Assembly (NCBI GenBank): GCA_964515805.1
Contig: CAZEUZ010000053.1
Span: 1 to 44,203 of the forward strand
Direction: 5' to 3'
Source: an uncultured Cellvibrionaceae bacterium
GTDB lineage: Bacteria; Pseudomonadota; Gammaproteobacteria; Pseudomonadales; Cellvibrionaceae
Length of the DNA stretch: 44,203 nucleotides
Shown here: piece by piece, positions 20,400-30,799 of the stretch
Numbering within the stretch: position 1 is the first letter of the stretch
How the letters are laid out: every line of letters starts with the position of its first letter
Position numbers and translations under genes: made by a program
Notes under the pieces: generated by a model
What the model was told of the DNA's origin: nothing
Seen by the model: only the letters and a program-made list of their open reading frames with translations
Databases searched by the model: none

Positions 20400-21221
20400 A
20401 TGAGTAACCACAGGGCTCGTAAACGCTTTGGCCAACATTTTTTGGTCGATTCAGGTGTTGTCGACCGCATTGTCGGCTATATCAACCCTCGGCCTGATGA
20501 TAATTTAGTTGAAATCGGGCCAGGTAAAGGGGCTATTACTTCACTGTTAGCAGCTGCCTGTAATCACCTGCATATTATTGAAATTGATAGAGATTTGGTT
20601 ACAATTTTGCGACAGCAATTCACTGGTGGTGACCAAAAAACGAGTAACGTAACGGTCCATCAGGCTGACGCCTTAACTGTCGATTTTTCTTCATTTGCCA
20701 ATAAGGAATCCGCGCGCATTGTCGGCAATTTACCTTATAACATCTCGACGCCATTGATCTTTCACTTACTCACGTTTCACCAGTGTATTCGAGACATGTA
20801 TTTTATGTTGCAAAATGAAGTGGTCGATCGCCTGGCCGCGCAGCCTGGAGAGAAGATGTACGGACGCTTGAGCGTTATGGTGCAGTATTATTGTCAGATT
20901 GATAAGTTGTTTGAAGTGCCTCCGAGTTGTTTCAGCCCCCAACCTAAAGTCAATTCGGCCATTGTTAGATTAACACCCTATAAAATGCCACCCTACGTTG
21001 CCACGAATTTGGAGCATTTTAGCCGCTTGGTCAACTGTGTTTTTCAGCAGCGGCGCAAAACCTTACACAATGCATTGAAGCCTATGATTAATTCTGAGTT
21101 AACAGCGGTTAGCACTTCGTTATTGCCCGTTAATACTCGGTTACGACCGGAAAATCTCTCCGTTAGCGATTATGTTATGTTAAGTAACTTTTTATTGAGT
21201 GAAAAAGCTAGCATCTGTTGA
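20400..21221 (+). CDS. rsmA: 16S rRNA (adenine1518/1519-N6) dimethyltransferase
   Basis: 273 aa with RKRFGQHFL, the SAM motif VEIGPGKGA and GNLPYNISTP. Confidence 0.9.
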   Translation: MSNHRARKRFGQHFLVDSGVVDRIVGYINPRPDDNLVEIGPGKGAITSLLAAACNHLHIIEIDRDLVTILRQQFTGGDQKTSNVTVHQADALTVDFSSFANKESARIVGNLPYNISTPLIFHLLTFHQCIRDMYFMLQNEVVDRLAAQPGEKMYGRLSVMVQYYCQIDKLFEVPPSCFSPQPKVNSAIVRLTPYKMPPYVATNLEHFSRLVNCVFQQRRKTLHNALKPMINSELTAVSTSLLPVNTRLRPENLSVSDYVMLSNFLLSEKASIC

Positions 21222-21232
21222 ATAAGTAGACG

Positions 21233-22489
21233 TTATTTTTCAAACTCGAAGAGCTCCCGCGATAACCGGATTAAATCCTGTCGGCCTTCGGCTCCCGCCC
21301 GTTTCAAATTGTCTGTTGGGGCATGTAGCAATTTGTTCATCAAACTGTTCGCTGCCTGCTCGATAACTTTTTCCGCTTCACCGCCATTGGCTAAATCACG
21401 CAGCGCTTTTGATATTACCTGGTCCCGTATCGCCTCCGCTTGTTTGCGGTAGGCTTTGATGGCCGATACCGAATCCCTGGCACGCAATTCACTTTGATAT
21501 AAGGCAACATTTTTGCTGATAATTTTATAAGCATCTGTCGCGGCGCATTGCCGAGACTTGATATTGTCGTCAATGACATTGCGTAAGTTGTCAACAGTAT
21601 AAAGATAGACATCTTCCAGGTCGTTGACTTGTGCTTCAATATCTCTCGGCACGGCGATATCCACCATAAACATTGGCTTATACTTTCTCTGTTTCAATGC
21701 GTATTCAACGGCGCCTTTGCCTAAAATAGGCAGCTGACTTGCCGTTGAGGAAATGACAATATCTGCCTGATAAAGCATCTCCGGTATATCGCCAAAGACA
21801 ATTGCTTGGCCACCAAATTTACTGGCTAAAGTCTGCGCCCTTTGTAGCGTTCTGTTCGCAAAAACGATCATTTCTACTCCCTTATCCTGAAGGTGGCGCC
21901 CGACCAGTTCGATAGTTTCTCCTGCACCGATCAATAGAGTTTTACGCTGACTTAGGTCAGAAAAAATCTGTTGCGACAGGGTGACTGCCGCATAGGCGAC
22001 AGAAACCGGATTCTCGCCGATAGATGTTTGACTGCGAACCTGCTTGGCCGTACTAAACACTCGTTGAAAAATGCCGTGCAATTCTGAACCCAGTGACCCT
22101 GATGCTTGAGCCATGGCGTAACAAGATTTCATTTGACCTAAAATTTGAGGTTCACCAAGGATCATCGAATCTAGTCCGCAGGCGACCTTCATCATATGTT
22201 CGAGTGCCATGTCATCGTGGTAACTGTAGTGGCGGTCAATGAGTTTACTTGCATCCATCTGGTGGTAATCTGCAATCCACTGCAGTGTCTGATCACCAAT
22301 CGTTGGGCACGATGCTGAAAGATAGACTTCCGTTCTATTGCAGGTGGATAAAATGGCAGCTTCGGCAACATCGACGCTGCTCATGAATTGCTGCAGTGCT
22401 CGCGTCATCGTTCCCGACGCAAAAACCACTTGTTCGCGTAGTTCGAGAGGCGCACTGGCGTGATTAATACCTAAAATAAACAAGGTCAT
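21233..22489 (-). CDS. hemA: glutamyl-tRNA reductase
   Basis: 418 aa with LSTCNRTEVY (catalytic Cys) and LLIGAGETIE (NADPH binding). Confidence 0.95.
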   Translation of the reverse strand: MTLFILGINHASAPLELREQVVFASGTMTRALQQFMSSVDVAEAAILSTCNRTEVYLSASCPTIGDQTLQWIADYHQMDASKLIDRHYSYHDDMALEHMMKVACGLDSMILGEPQILGQMKSCYAMAQASGSLGSELHGIFQRVFSTAKQVRSQTSIGENPVSVAYAAVTLSQQIFSDLSQRKTLLIGAGETIELVGRHLQDKGVEMIVFANRTLQRAQTLASKFGGQAIVFGDIPEMLYQADIVISSTASQLPILGKGAVEYALKQRKYKPMFMVDIAVPRDIEAQVNDLEDVYLYTVDNLRNVIDDNIKSRQCAATDAYKIISKNVALYQSELRARDSVSAIKAYRKQAEAIRDQVISKALRDLANGGEAEKVIEQAANSLMNKLLHAPTDNLKRAGAEGRQDLIRLSRELFEFEK

Positions 22490-22558
22490 TATTTACATAC
22501 CGCAACAATGAGTTAACATGGTTTCAAGTGAATGTAAGGTCAATGAAGTGAGAAAATC

Positions 22559-23020
22559 ATGTATAACGATTATTGCCAAACACCGATAGGCACTGTTCAA
22601 ATTGACGCGACTGCCAAGGGCATTAGCGCGCTGAAGTTTGTCAATGAACCGGCTGCTGAAACACATAGTTGTGATTTAATCAAACGGTGCATTAACCAAC
22701 TAAATGACTACTTCGCCCATAAATTATTTCAGTTTACGCTGCCGTTCGATCTAGCCGGCACAGCATTTCAACAGTCTGTTTGGAACAAACTGGCCACCCT
22801 TTCCTACGGTGTAACATCTTCCTATTCCGATATCGCCAACAGTTTGCAAAAACCCAAAGCTCTGCGTGCAGTTGGCAGTGCCAACAGTAAAAATCCGGTT
22901 GCTATTCTGTTACCCTGCCATCGGGTTATCGGCAGCAATGGTCATCTCACCGGCTATGCCTGGGGAGTTGACCGGAAACGCTGGCTGCTGGAACACGAAG
23001 GGATTGTCCAATCAAGATAA
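22559..23020 (+). CDS. ogt: methylated-DNA--protein-cysteine methyltransferase
   Basis: 153 aa with the active site LPCHRVIG, SYSDIA and VGSANSKNP. Confidence 0.85.
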   Translation: MYNDYCQTPIGTVQIDATAKGISALKFVNEPAAETHSCDLIKRCINQLNDYFAHKLFQFTLPFDLAGTAFQQSVWNKLATLSYGVTSSYSDIANSLQKPKALRAVGSANSKNPVAILLPCHRVIGSNGHLTGYAWGVDRKRWLLEHEGIVQSR

Positions 23021-23036
23021 GAAAAGCTAGATATAT

Positions 23037-23801
23037 TTAAGTGCTGACTGCACCATCGCTTCGAACATGTACCCGCTTCCCTAAAAAGAGACCTGCTTCA
23101 AACAGTAACCACATAGGAATAGCCAACAAAAGTTGCGATACAACGTCTGGTGGTGTTAAAAACATTCCCATGACAAAACAGCTAACGATCACATAAGGCC
23201 TTTTATTGGCTAGGGAGTCGGCGCTCATTATGCCTGATCGAATCATTAATACGGTGGCTATCGGTATTTCAAAAGCGACACCAAAAGCGACAAATAATTT
23301 CAATACAAAATCTAGGTAACTGCCGATATCGGTCATTACAGTCACACCTTCAGGTGCCATTGAAGCAAAAAAACCGAACACCAGTGGGAAGACAATAAAA
23401 TAGGCGAAGGCTATGCCTCCATAGAACAGTAATACACTGGAAATAATTAAGGGCGCAACCAGTTTTTTTTCATGCCGGTAAAGCCCTGGCGCTAGAAATC
23501 CCCATATTTGATAAAGTATAAAAGGAACAGAAATAATAAAAGCAACGAAAAATGTCAACTTAAACGGCGTCAAAAACGGTGAAGCAACTTCGGTGGCAAT
23601 CATGGAAGCTCCATCGGGAAGGAATTTTTGTAGTGGTGTTGCTACGTACGCATAAATATCATTCGCGAAATTCAACAGTGCAATAAAAACTAACAATAAA
23701 GCAGCGAGGATATAAAGTAACCGATTGCGTAATTCAACTAAGTGCTGGACAAGCGGTGCACTAGGTTCACTAGAGGGCGAAGCGTTTTGTTGGGTGCTCA
23801 T
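23037..23801 (-). CDS. tatC: Sec-independent translocase subunit TatC
   Basis: 254 aa with HLVELRNRL, six hydrophobic helices and the position tatA-tatB-tatC. Confidence 0.95.
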   Translation of the reverse strand: MSTQQNASPSSEPSAPLVQHLVELRNRLLYILAALLLVFIALLNFANDIYAYVATPLQKFLPDGASMIATEVASPFLTPFKLTFFVAFIISVPFILYQIWGFLAPGLYRHEKKLVAPLIISSVLLFYGGIAFAYFIVFPLVFGFFASMAPEGVTVMTDIGSYLDFVLKLFVAFGVAFEIPIATVLMIRSGIMSADSLANKRPYVIVSCFVMGMFLTPPDVVSQLLLAIPMWLLFEAGLFLGKRVHVRSDGAVST

Positions 23802-23840
23802 TTACACTAACTATTAGTCATTGACTATCGTGGCAGTTAA

Positions 23841-24176
23841 TTATGATGAGGAATTTGCCGTATGGGACGGAGACCTATCGGGGATAATGGGTGATGTTGG
23901 AGTTGACACTGGTTGAGAAGATTTGTCTTCTTGCTCGGTCAGCCTAATTTTTTCGCTGGCCATAATTTCCTCGTTATGCAATTGCCGACGAATTTCATCG
24001 GCACCGATGTGTTCCTCAATGTCAGATTTTGCGCTTTGGAAAGCTCGTTTGATCCGACCAATAGTTAATGCAACCGTGCGCACGGCCTCCGGCATACGCT
24101 CCGGACCCACTGCCAACAAAGCGACTATCGCAACGATTAATATTTCAAAGAGTCCCACAGCTGTTTTATCCGTCAA
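23841..24176 (-). CDS. tatB: Sec-independent translocase subunit TatB
   Basis: 111 aa with LFEILIVAIVALLAVGPERMP. The ORF track uses a TTG at 24176. A GTG at 24158 would give the usual TatB N-terminus (MGLFEIL...). Confidence 0.85.
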   Translation of the reverse strand: MTDKTAVGLFEILIVAIVALLAVGPERMPEAVRTVALTIGRIKRAFQSAKSDIEEHIGADEIRRQLHNEEIMASEKIRLTEQEDKSSQPVSTPTSPIIPDRSPSHTANSSS

Positions 24177-24205
24177 CTATTTACTTATCCAATAATTATG
24201 GCTTT

Positions 24206-24466
24206 TCAGCAGTCATTTTTTTCCCTATCTTTCACATTGGTTGTCTTGCCGTTGTCTTCAATTTTGATTTTTTTATTGTGACTATTCTTGGCGGTATTTT
24301 CTTGTGATTCATCCGATCCATTTTCACTGTTGACCGCCTTTTTAAAGCCTCTAACGGCATTGCCGAGATCACTGCCAATATTACGTAATCTCTTAGTGCC
24401 GAAAAGCAAAACAATAATCGCGAGGATAATTAATAATTGCCAGATACTGATGCCACCAAAACCCAT
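24206..24466 (-). CDS. tatA: Sec-independent translocase subunit TatA
   Basis: 86 aa starting [35 protein letters not shown]. Confidence 0.95.
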   Translation of the reverse strand: MGFGGISIWQLLIILAIIVLLFGTKRLRNIGSDLGNAVRGFKKAVNSENGSDESQENTAKNSHNKKIKIEDNGKTTNVKDREKNDC

Positions 24467-24486
24467 TTCTATTCTCCCGTTATTGG

Positions 24487-24522
24487 CTAGACCGTACTAT
24501 TTTATAACTAGACCGTACTATT
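24487..24522. repeat. two perfect 15-nt direct repeats (ctagaccgtactatt) with a 21-nt period, upstream of tatA
   Basis: The copies are at 24487-24501 and 24508-24522, in the 84-bp hisE-tatA spacer. Confidence 0.8.
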
Positions 24523-24550
24523 CTATAAATAGTTACAGAGATTACAAATC

Positions 24551-24880
24551 TTACTTTCTTGATGCTTTTTCATCCAAACCTGACACTTCAAAGCGACCAG
24601 CAAGTTCCGCTAGTACGGCATCAATATCTGTATCCAGATGGGACAGTGCAATCATCGAATGAAACCATAAGTCGGCTGTCTCACTGACAAAATCACTCAC
24701 ATCGCCACTAGTGGCTGCATCTTTAGCAGCGATAATAGCCTCCGTGCTTTCTTCACCTATTTTTTCCAAAATTTTATTAAGGCCTTTGGCGTGCAGTTGG
24801 GCGACATAAGAGCTGCTGCTGTCACCTGACGCTTTGCGATCCGCCAATACTTGGCTTAGCTGATGGAGTATATCGTTCAT
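24551..24880 (-). CDS. hisE: phosphoribosyl-ATP pyrophosphatase
   Basis: 109 aa with SYVAQL...[21 protein letters not shown] and the MazG-like motif ETADLWFH. Confidence 0.9.
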   Translation of the reverse strand: MNDILHQLSQVLADRKASGDSSSSYVAQLHAKGLNKILEKIGEESTEAIIAAKDAATSGDVSDFVSETADLWFHSMIALSHLDTDIDAVLAELAGRFEVSGLDEKASRK

Positions 24881-25021
24881 AGTTAGAAAAATTCACTAAC
24901 GGTGTAAATGAAAAAATTTATGAGTGATTTTAACTGATTAAACCGTGGATGTCGCAATTTCATGAACCGACTGCGATTTTTATCGTCGTAAGTTATATCT
25001 TAACTATGCACTGGAAGAAAC

Positions 25022-26431
25022 ATGCTTAACGTTCTTGTTCACTTGTACCTTGCTCCATGTAAATATTCTAGCTTATGGAGTCGGTTGATTGCTGGTAGTT
25101 TTACCTTGTTATTGTTAATGCCATTACAAGCACAGACTGTAAACAACAACGATACTCCGGTTAGCAGTCACTTTATTCGCTTGATTACTGACTCAGATCC
25201 AGAGGCTATAGAAACTTCATTGTCAGTAATTAAAAACCAGTGGGATGTATCTATGGTTCCCATGGCGTTGGAAACTTTTTATTTTACATCTTCAACCGAT
25301 GTTCGGCGGGCATTAGCCGAGTTGTTGAAAGTCGCGACAGACAACGATGATTTCAATCAATGGTATCAATGGCTTTGGCGTAATGATATCGAAGTCCACC
25401 AGAATTATAGCAATTTCAAAGCGGACCTTTACCGTCTAATCGATCCACTTTTTGAAGCCTATTTTCGTGACCGGCAGCAGACCGCCCGCATTCGCCTGGA
25501 CGAGATCCGCTGGGGAGGCGTACGTCAGGATGGCATTCCTCCGCTTCGCAAGCCAAACATGATTACAGCCGATAAAGTAGATTATTTAGAAGACGATCAT
25601 ATTGTTTTTGGTATTAAAATCAATGGAGATGCCCGAGCTTACCCCAAGCGCATTCTGGCCTGGCATGAAATGTTTACCGATACGATCGGTGGTATCTCTA
25701 TAGCAGGCGTTTACTGTACGTTATGTGGCACTGTTATCCCCTTTCGTACCCAAGTAGATGGGATCAATCATACTCTGGGCACCAGTGGCTTTTTATACCG
25801 TTCTAATAAACTTATGTATGACAGAGCGACACAGTCTTTATGGAGCACTGAACGAGGAGAGCCTGTCTTGGGGCCACTGGCTGACAAGGGGATCCTATTG
25901 TCCTACGAAAGTGTGGTTACAACGACTTGGGGGAGCTGGCGTAAGCGACATCCTAATACCACTGTACTGTCGCTGGATACGGGTCATAAGCGCGATTACT
26001 CAGAGGGTGCAGCCTATCAAGAGTACTTTGCCACTGATGAGTTGATGTTTAACACGCCTTTTAACGATCAGCGACTTGCTAATAAACAAGAAATTCTGGC
26101 ACTACGTTTCGCTGCCGCGCCCAATGAACAACTGGCTATTGATACCGACTTTTTGCGAAAAAATCCCATCTATCAAAATCGTATTGGCAGACAGTCGTTT
26201 ATTGTGTTTACTGACAACAGTGGCGCCAACCGGGTGTATGACCCTGGCAACATCGAATTTGTCGATTATGACGGTGAACAGGTAGTGAAAGATCGGCAGG
26301 GTAATCGTTGGAAGGTGGGAGAAGAGTGGTTGGAGAATGAACAAGGTGAGCGTTTAAACCGCCTGCCTTATCATCGTGCCTTCTGGTTTGGTTGGCATGC
26401 TGCTTTCCCAAAAACACGATTGATCAAGTAA
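25022..26431 (+). CDS. DUF3179-domain protein with an N-terminal extension and signal peptide
   Basis: 469 aa with the hydrophobic signal FTLLLLMPLQAQ. The core DGIPPLRKPNMI...VFGIKINGDARAYP...ILAWHEM matches my recollection of DUF3179. Confidence 0.65.
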   Translation: MLNVLVHLYLAPCKYSSLWSRLIAGSFTLLLLMPLQAQTVNNNDTPVSSHFIRLITDSDPEAIETSLSVIKNQWDVSMVPMALETFYFTSSTDVRRALAELLKVATDNDDFNQWYQWLWRNDIEVHQNYSNFKADLYRLIDPLFEAYFRDRQQTARIRLDEIRWGGVRQDGIPPLRKPNMITADKVDYLEDDHIVFGIKINGDARAYPKRILAWHEMFTDTIGGISIAGVYCTLCGTVIPFRTQVDGINHTLGTSGFLYRSNKLMYDRATQSLWSTERGEPVLGPLADKGILLSYESVVTTTWGSWRKRHPNTTVLSLDTGHKRDYSEGAAYQEYFATDELMFNTPFNDQRLANKQEILALRFAAAPNEQLAIDTDFLRKNPIYQNRIGRQSFIVFTDNSGANRVYDPGNIEFVDYDGEQVVKDRQGNRWKVGEEWLENEQGERLNRLPYHRAFWFGWHAAFPKTRLIK

Positions 26432-26442
26432 TACTGCTGCCG

Positions 26443-27081
26443 CTACTGTTCTGTTAGCTTTAGACCAGAATAGTAACTTACCGCTGAACTGCCTGAATTG
26501 TCACTATCGGTCATAATTGCAATGCCATCAATATGGCGAAATTCTTTGTTAAACAGCTTTTTGAGGTCTTCTTTCAAATTTCGTTTCTCCGTGACCCAGC
26601 CGCTGTTAGAGTCACGTTGATGAATAGCAAGCATCATCGCTTTATCACCGGCAAAGGGATTAGGCCAGGAGGCTTCCAGCGGTGATTGTTGCGACCACAC
26701 ATAATTGACCGCTTTGGTCCCCAATGGTGTCCAGCCATCTTTAATGACAACATAAATACGAGCGACATAGTCATCCCCGTTTTTTGTTTGTTCGTTATCT
26801 ATTGCTGGAAATTTTTCCACTTTCCAAGACCAGCTTAAATAAGGGGTTTTACCGAGATCAATGCGCTCTTCATAAAATAAGCCTGAAGCCGTTTTGTTGC
26901 TCTCTGCTCGAATAACGGACCGGTTTAACTGCTTATCAAATTCGACAGAGTAAACGGTATTACCGACAAAGCTTTTGGATTTCCACTGAATTATCTGTTC
27001 GGGAGAAAACACTTTATCGGCAAATACCATATTGGAAAGTGTGTATAGAAAAAAGAAGGTAGTGAATAACAAAATACGCAT
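26443..27081 (-). CDS. DUF3047-domain protein (secreted)
   Basis: 212 aa with a signal peptide and W.....F.G.T.Y...LSWSWKV...GDDY.ARIYVV. It is convergent with the DUF3179 gene, 11 nt apart. Confidence 0.6.
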   Translation of the reverse strand: MRILLFTTFFFLYTLSNMVFADKVFSPEQIIQWKSKSFVGNTVYSVEFDKQLNRSVIRAESNKTASGLFYEERIDLGKTPYLSWSWKVEKFPAIDNEQTKNGDDYVARIYVVIKDGWTPLGTKAVNYVWSQQSPLEASWPNPFAGDKAMMLAIHQRDSNSGWVTEKRNLKEDLKKLFNKEFRHIDGIAIMTDSDNSGSSAVSYYSGLKLTEQ

Positions 27082-27161
27082 ATAAACTATCTCAGATAGA
27101 TAATAATGTTAATGGTGGAGATGGCTAATTAGTAGCTGAAAATAAGGCAGTGATCACTTAC

Positions 27162-28802
27162 TTAGCGCAACCACGCTATAGCAACACCGGCAACACTAAT
27201 TAGTGCCCAGCTGATTGCAGGGATAGCTTCCAGTTGTGGAAATAACGACGAACCGCCGGTGGCAATAGCACTGATGATGGCTAATAAGGCTATACTTATT
27301 AGAAATCTTCGATGTCTGCGTTTTACGCCGTACGTTTTTTCTATTGCCTTATTGCTAACAAAATGATTATCAACAAGTTTCGGTAACAATTCGCTTACAG
27401 ATTCCAGCTTTTCGAAGCTTTGGTAGATCTTTGTCGGCATTTCAGGAAATTTCTCTATCCATTCCGGCGCGTATCGGCGCAATTCTTTTATAACTGTTTT
27501 GGGATGATAACGCTGTTTAATCCAGCGTTCTAAAAAAGGATGGGCTGTCTGCCACAAATCCAGTTGAGGATAAAGTTGTCGGCCCAGCCCTTCAATATTC
27601 AGTAACGTCTTTTGCAGCAACACCAGTTGTGGTTGCACCACCATGTTAAAGCGTTGAGCAGTTTTAAATAACGTGATCAACGCGTTGCCAAAGGAAATTT
27701 CCGCCAATGGCTTCTCGAAAATGGGTTCACACACAGTGCGAATCGCTGCCTCAAACTCATTGATGCGAGTCTCCTTGGGTACCCAGCCGCTCTGTATATG
27801 CAGTTCCGCCACTTGCCGGTAGTCGCGACGAAACATTGCCAGTAGATTGCGCGCCAAGTAATACTGATCTTCCCGAGTTAAGGAGCCGACAATCGCCGTA
27901 TCTACAGCGATATACTGAGGTTCCGACGGATTATTACAGTTGACAAAAATATTGCCAGGATGCATATCTGCATGGAAAAAATTGTGGACAAAGACCTGTG
28001 TAAAAAAAATCTCTACTCCTCGTTCCGCTAAGCTTTTTATGTCCGTGCCTCGGCATTTCAGGGTTTTAATATCGTTAACAGAAATACCGTAGATACGCTC
28101 CATCACTAATAATTGACGATTGGAGTACTCCCAGTAAACTTCAGGCACGTACAACAGTGGAGAATCGGTAAAGTTACGCCGCAGTAATGAGCCATTGGCT
28201 GCTTCTCGTTGTAGATCTAATTCATCCAGAATAGTCTGACGGTAGTCCTCGACAATTTCTACCGGTCTCAATCGTTTGCCAGTATCGAGCCAGTATTCCA
28301 GCAAGCGGGCGATCCACAACAACAACCGAGTATCTTTATCGATGGTGGTTTCAATGCCAGGTCTGACAACTTTAACCACCACTTCGCGCCCATCTTTTAA
28401 GCGGCCACTGTGAATTTGCGCTATCGAAGCTGAGGCCAGTGGTTCTTTATCCAGGTGTGCAAAAATTGTATCTATAGATTGGTCGAAGGCACTGTCAACC
28501 AAATGATAAAATGTTTGCGGATCGAAGGGGGTCACATTGTCCTGCAAATAGCTCAATTCCTTGACGATGTCGGCAGGTAATAGATCGGGTCGAGTAGACA
28601 GTAATTGACCAAACTTAATAAAGATAGGACCCAATTCTTCGCAGGCATAGCGCAGACGGCGACCACGAGTCCATTGTTGATTGCTAAGACCAATGCTGAA
28701 TAAATAACGCCATGGCCACGGCAGCTGTTTTGGCAGCAATTCGTTTAAACGGTAACGAATACCAACGCGTAAAATCTTTACTGCCCGAAAGAATAAGATC
28801 AT
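27162..28802 (-). CDS. ubiB: ubiquinone biosynthesis regulatory kinase-like protein UbiB
   Basis: 546 aa of the ABC1/ADCK family ([33 protein letters not shown]) with C-terminal TM helices. Confidence 0.95.
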   Translation of the reverse strand: MILFFRAVKILRVGIRYRLNELLPKQLPWPWRYLFSIGLSNQQWTRGRRLRYACEELGPIFIKFGQLLSTRPDLLPADIVKELSYLQDNVTPFDPQTFYHLVDSAFDQSIDTIFAHLDKEPLASASIAQIHSGRLKDGREVVVKVVRPGIETTIDKDTRLLLWIARLLEYWLDTGKRLRPVEIVEDYRQTILDELDLQREAANGSLLRRNFTDSPLLYVPEVYWEYSNRQLLVMERIYGISVNDIKTLKCRGTDIKSLAERGVEIFFTQVFVHNFFHADMHPGNIFVNCNNPSEPQYIAVDTAIVGSLTREDQYYLARNLLAMFRRDYRQVAELHIQSGWVPKETRINEFEAAIRTVCEPIFEKPLAEISFGNALITLFKTAQRFNMVVQPQLVLLQKTLLNIEGLGRQLYPQLDLWQTAHPFLERWIKQRYHPKTVIKELRRYAPEWIEKFPEMPTKIYQSFEKLESVSELLPKLVDNHFVSNKAIEKTYGVKRRHRRFLISIALLAIISAIATGGSSLFPQLEAIPAISWALISVAGVAIAWLR

Positions 28803-28807
28803 GTTAA

Positions 28808-29536
28808 TTAATTATTCTCATGCTTCAAATCGATATTTTTCGAGGTGGAATTTCGTGGATTGGAGCTTTCCAAATTGGAATCACTTAAACCGGTTTTATT
28901 AAAATGACTATCGGACAACTTTGCTTGTAGTTGTTGGATGCGGGCTTGGAGGCGATCAGTGGCTAATATGATTTCGTCGACTTGATCATGAAAGTGGTGA
29001 AATTCGTTTTTTGACGGGACTACTCTAAGCTCTTCTTCTAAATAAATACGCAATTGATGCTGATGATAGCGGGATTGATGTTGTAACCATTGTCCGGTTT
29101 TACCGATCAAAGTGGCTGTAATAGGGCCGACTATGTCGCCCAAGTAATATTGCAGGCAAGTTTCCCAGTCTATGTCGAGATGATCCAAAATAGTCTGCCA
29201 ACCTTGCAATAACCTTACATCGCCGTACAATTCGACACCGCTGCCAGCAAGATTGCCGGGACGATTCAACAACCCAAGCAGCGCTGCTGGTGAACCGGTC
29301 AAATGCGTAGTTGCCGATGCTTCGCAGCGGCTCATAATTCTTATGCCACCTGCTGTCCCCTGACAATATAGAGTCATTGTTGGTAGGCCTACCGCAATCA
29401 TCTTGATAGCGAGAATATCCGTCAGTTTGCTCACCGCCTGTTTACTGGCTGGATCGTAGTGAAGAGCATTATTTATGGCGGTTTCAACAGTTGTTGCAAT
29501 TGCAATAGCTATCGTTGAATGTTGTTTCACTGCCAT
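28808..29536 (-). CDS. ubiJ: ubiquinone biosynthesis accessory protein UbiJ (SCP2 domain)
   Basis: 242 aa located between ubiE and ubiB, with an SCP2-like N-terminal half and a C-terminal coiled-coil. Confidence 0.75.
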   Translation of the reverse strand: MAVKQHSTIAIAIATTVETAINNALHYDPASKQAVSKLTDILAIKMIAVGLPTMTLYCQGTAGGIRIMSRCEASATTHLTGSPAALLGLLNRPGNLAGSGVELYGDVRLLQGWQTILDHLDIDWETCLQYYLGDIVGPITATLIGKTGQWLQHQSRYHQHQLRIYLEEELRVVPSKNEFHHFHDQVDEIILATDRLQARIQQLQAKLSDSHFNKTGLSDSNLESSNPRNSTSKNIDLKHENN

Positions 29537-29601
29537 AGGCTAGCCATTCGATTGTTACTGACAATGCTTAATACTTTTTTAAGCAAATTTTTATCGACGA
29601 T

Positions 29602-30351
29602 TCAGGGCTTCACACCTTTGTGTAAAGCGACGATGCCACCAGTCATATTATGGTATTCACAGCACCTAAAGCCTGCATCAACCATCATTGTCTTCAAGGT
29701 TTCCTGATTGGGATGCATGCGGATTGATTCCGCCAGATAGCGATAACTGTCGGCATCGTCTGTAATTAACTTACCCATTAGTGGTAAAAAACGAAACGAA
29801 TATTCATCATATACTTTGTTCAATAACTTATTGGCAGGTTTAGAGAATTCCAGCACCAATAATCGACCGCCTGGCTTCAGGACTCTCAACATGCTCTGCA
29901 ACGCTGCATCCTTATCAGTTACGTTACGTAAACCAAAGGCGATGGTGATACAGTCAAAGACGCCATCGGCAAAGGGTAAATACTGAGCATCAGTTTGTAA
30001 GTACTGAATGTGTTTGGCTACTCCACGATCAATGAGCCGGTTACGCCCGGTTATCAACATGGCGTCGTTGATGTCTGCCAACACAACTTGTCCGTGTTCT
30101 CCAACGCGCTGGGCGAATTGATAGGCGAGATCACCGGTGCCGCCAGCAATATCGAGTACCTTGTGGCCTGGCCGGATGGCAGAAAACTCTATCGTAAAGC
30201 GTTTCCACAGCCGGTGGATACCTGCTGACATTAGGTCATTCATCAGATCATATTTATTCGCTACAGAGCGAAACACGCCGGCAACCCGTTTAGCTTTTTC
30301 CTCCAATGGTACTTCGGTAAAACCAAAATCTGTGGTGTTTTTGGTGTTCAT
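29602..30351 (-). CDS. ubiE: demethylmenaquinone / ubiquinone C-methyltransferase
   Basis: Contains FGFTEVP..EK...V..VF.SVA.KYDLMND and the SAM motif [11 protein letters not shown] take the start at M24 (30351), because the longer ORF would overlap the upstream DUF971 gene, whose stop is at 30356. Confidence 0.9.
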   Translation of the reverse strand: MNTKNTTDFGFTEVPLEEKAKRVAGVFRSVANKYDLMNDLMSAGIHRLWKRFTIEFSAIRPGHKVLDIAGGTGDLAYQFAQRVGEHGQVVLADINDAMLITGRNRLIDRGVAKHIQYLQTDAQYLPFADGVFDCITIAFGLRNVTDKDAALQSMLRVLKPGGRLLVLEFSKPANKLLNKVYDEYSFRFLPLMGKLITDDADSYRYLAESIRMHPNQETLKTMMVDAGFRCCEYHNMTGGIVALHKGVKP

Positions 30352-30355
30352 TGGT

Positions 30356-30793
30356 TTAGTCTCTGTTTGGAGGAGAAAATTGAACGACGCTGGTATTGGG
30401 GTCGCGGTGCTTACCTTCATTGCGTAGCTTAATGAGATAACGTTGCCAATTTTTATCTCGATTGAGGCATAGATTGGTTAAATAAGACCATGTGTAGATT
30501 CCGGAGTTGTGGCCGTCGTCAAATTCAATTTGTAAACCGTAATTACCGGCTGCTTTGAGATGATTTATCCCTACGTGTACCTTGCCAGAGGGAAGTTTAC
30601 CTTGCCCCTGGCCATGACCACGTACTTCAGCTGATGGCGAGTGGACTCGAAGATATTCGGCGCTAAGCTGATAATTGATGTTGTCGACTACTAGTTCCAG
30701 ACGCTTAGATTTTCGGTGCAAGTGCACTTTTTGCAGCGCTGACTTTGATGTTGATTTAATCGCCACGATGTTACACTTTGATAGTTCGCTCAA
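30356..30793 (-). CDS. DUF971-domain protein (gamma-butyrobetaine hydroxylase-like N-terminal domain)
   Basis: 145 aa with [19 protein letters not shown]...[23 protein letters not shown]. Confidence 0.7.
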   Translation of the reverse strand: MSELSKCNIVAIKSTSKSALQKVHLHRKSKRLELVVDNINYQLSAEYLRVHSPSAEVRGHGQGQGKLPSGKVHVGINHLKAAGNYGLQIEFDDGHNSGIYTWSYLTNLCLNRDKNWQRYLIKLRNEGKHRDPNTSVVQFSPPNRD

Positions 30794-30799
30794 AAATTC

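Noticed and set aside
30352-30420. A 23-codon N-terminal extension of ubiE in the track ORF.
   Set aside because: It would overlap the upstream DUF971 gene (stop at 30356). The canonical UbiE N-terminus begins near M24.
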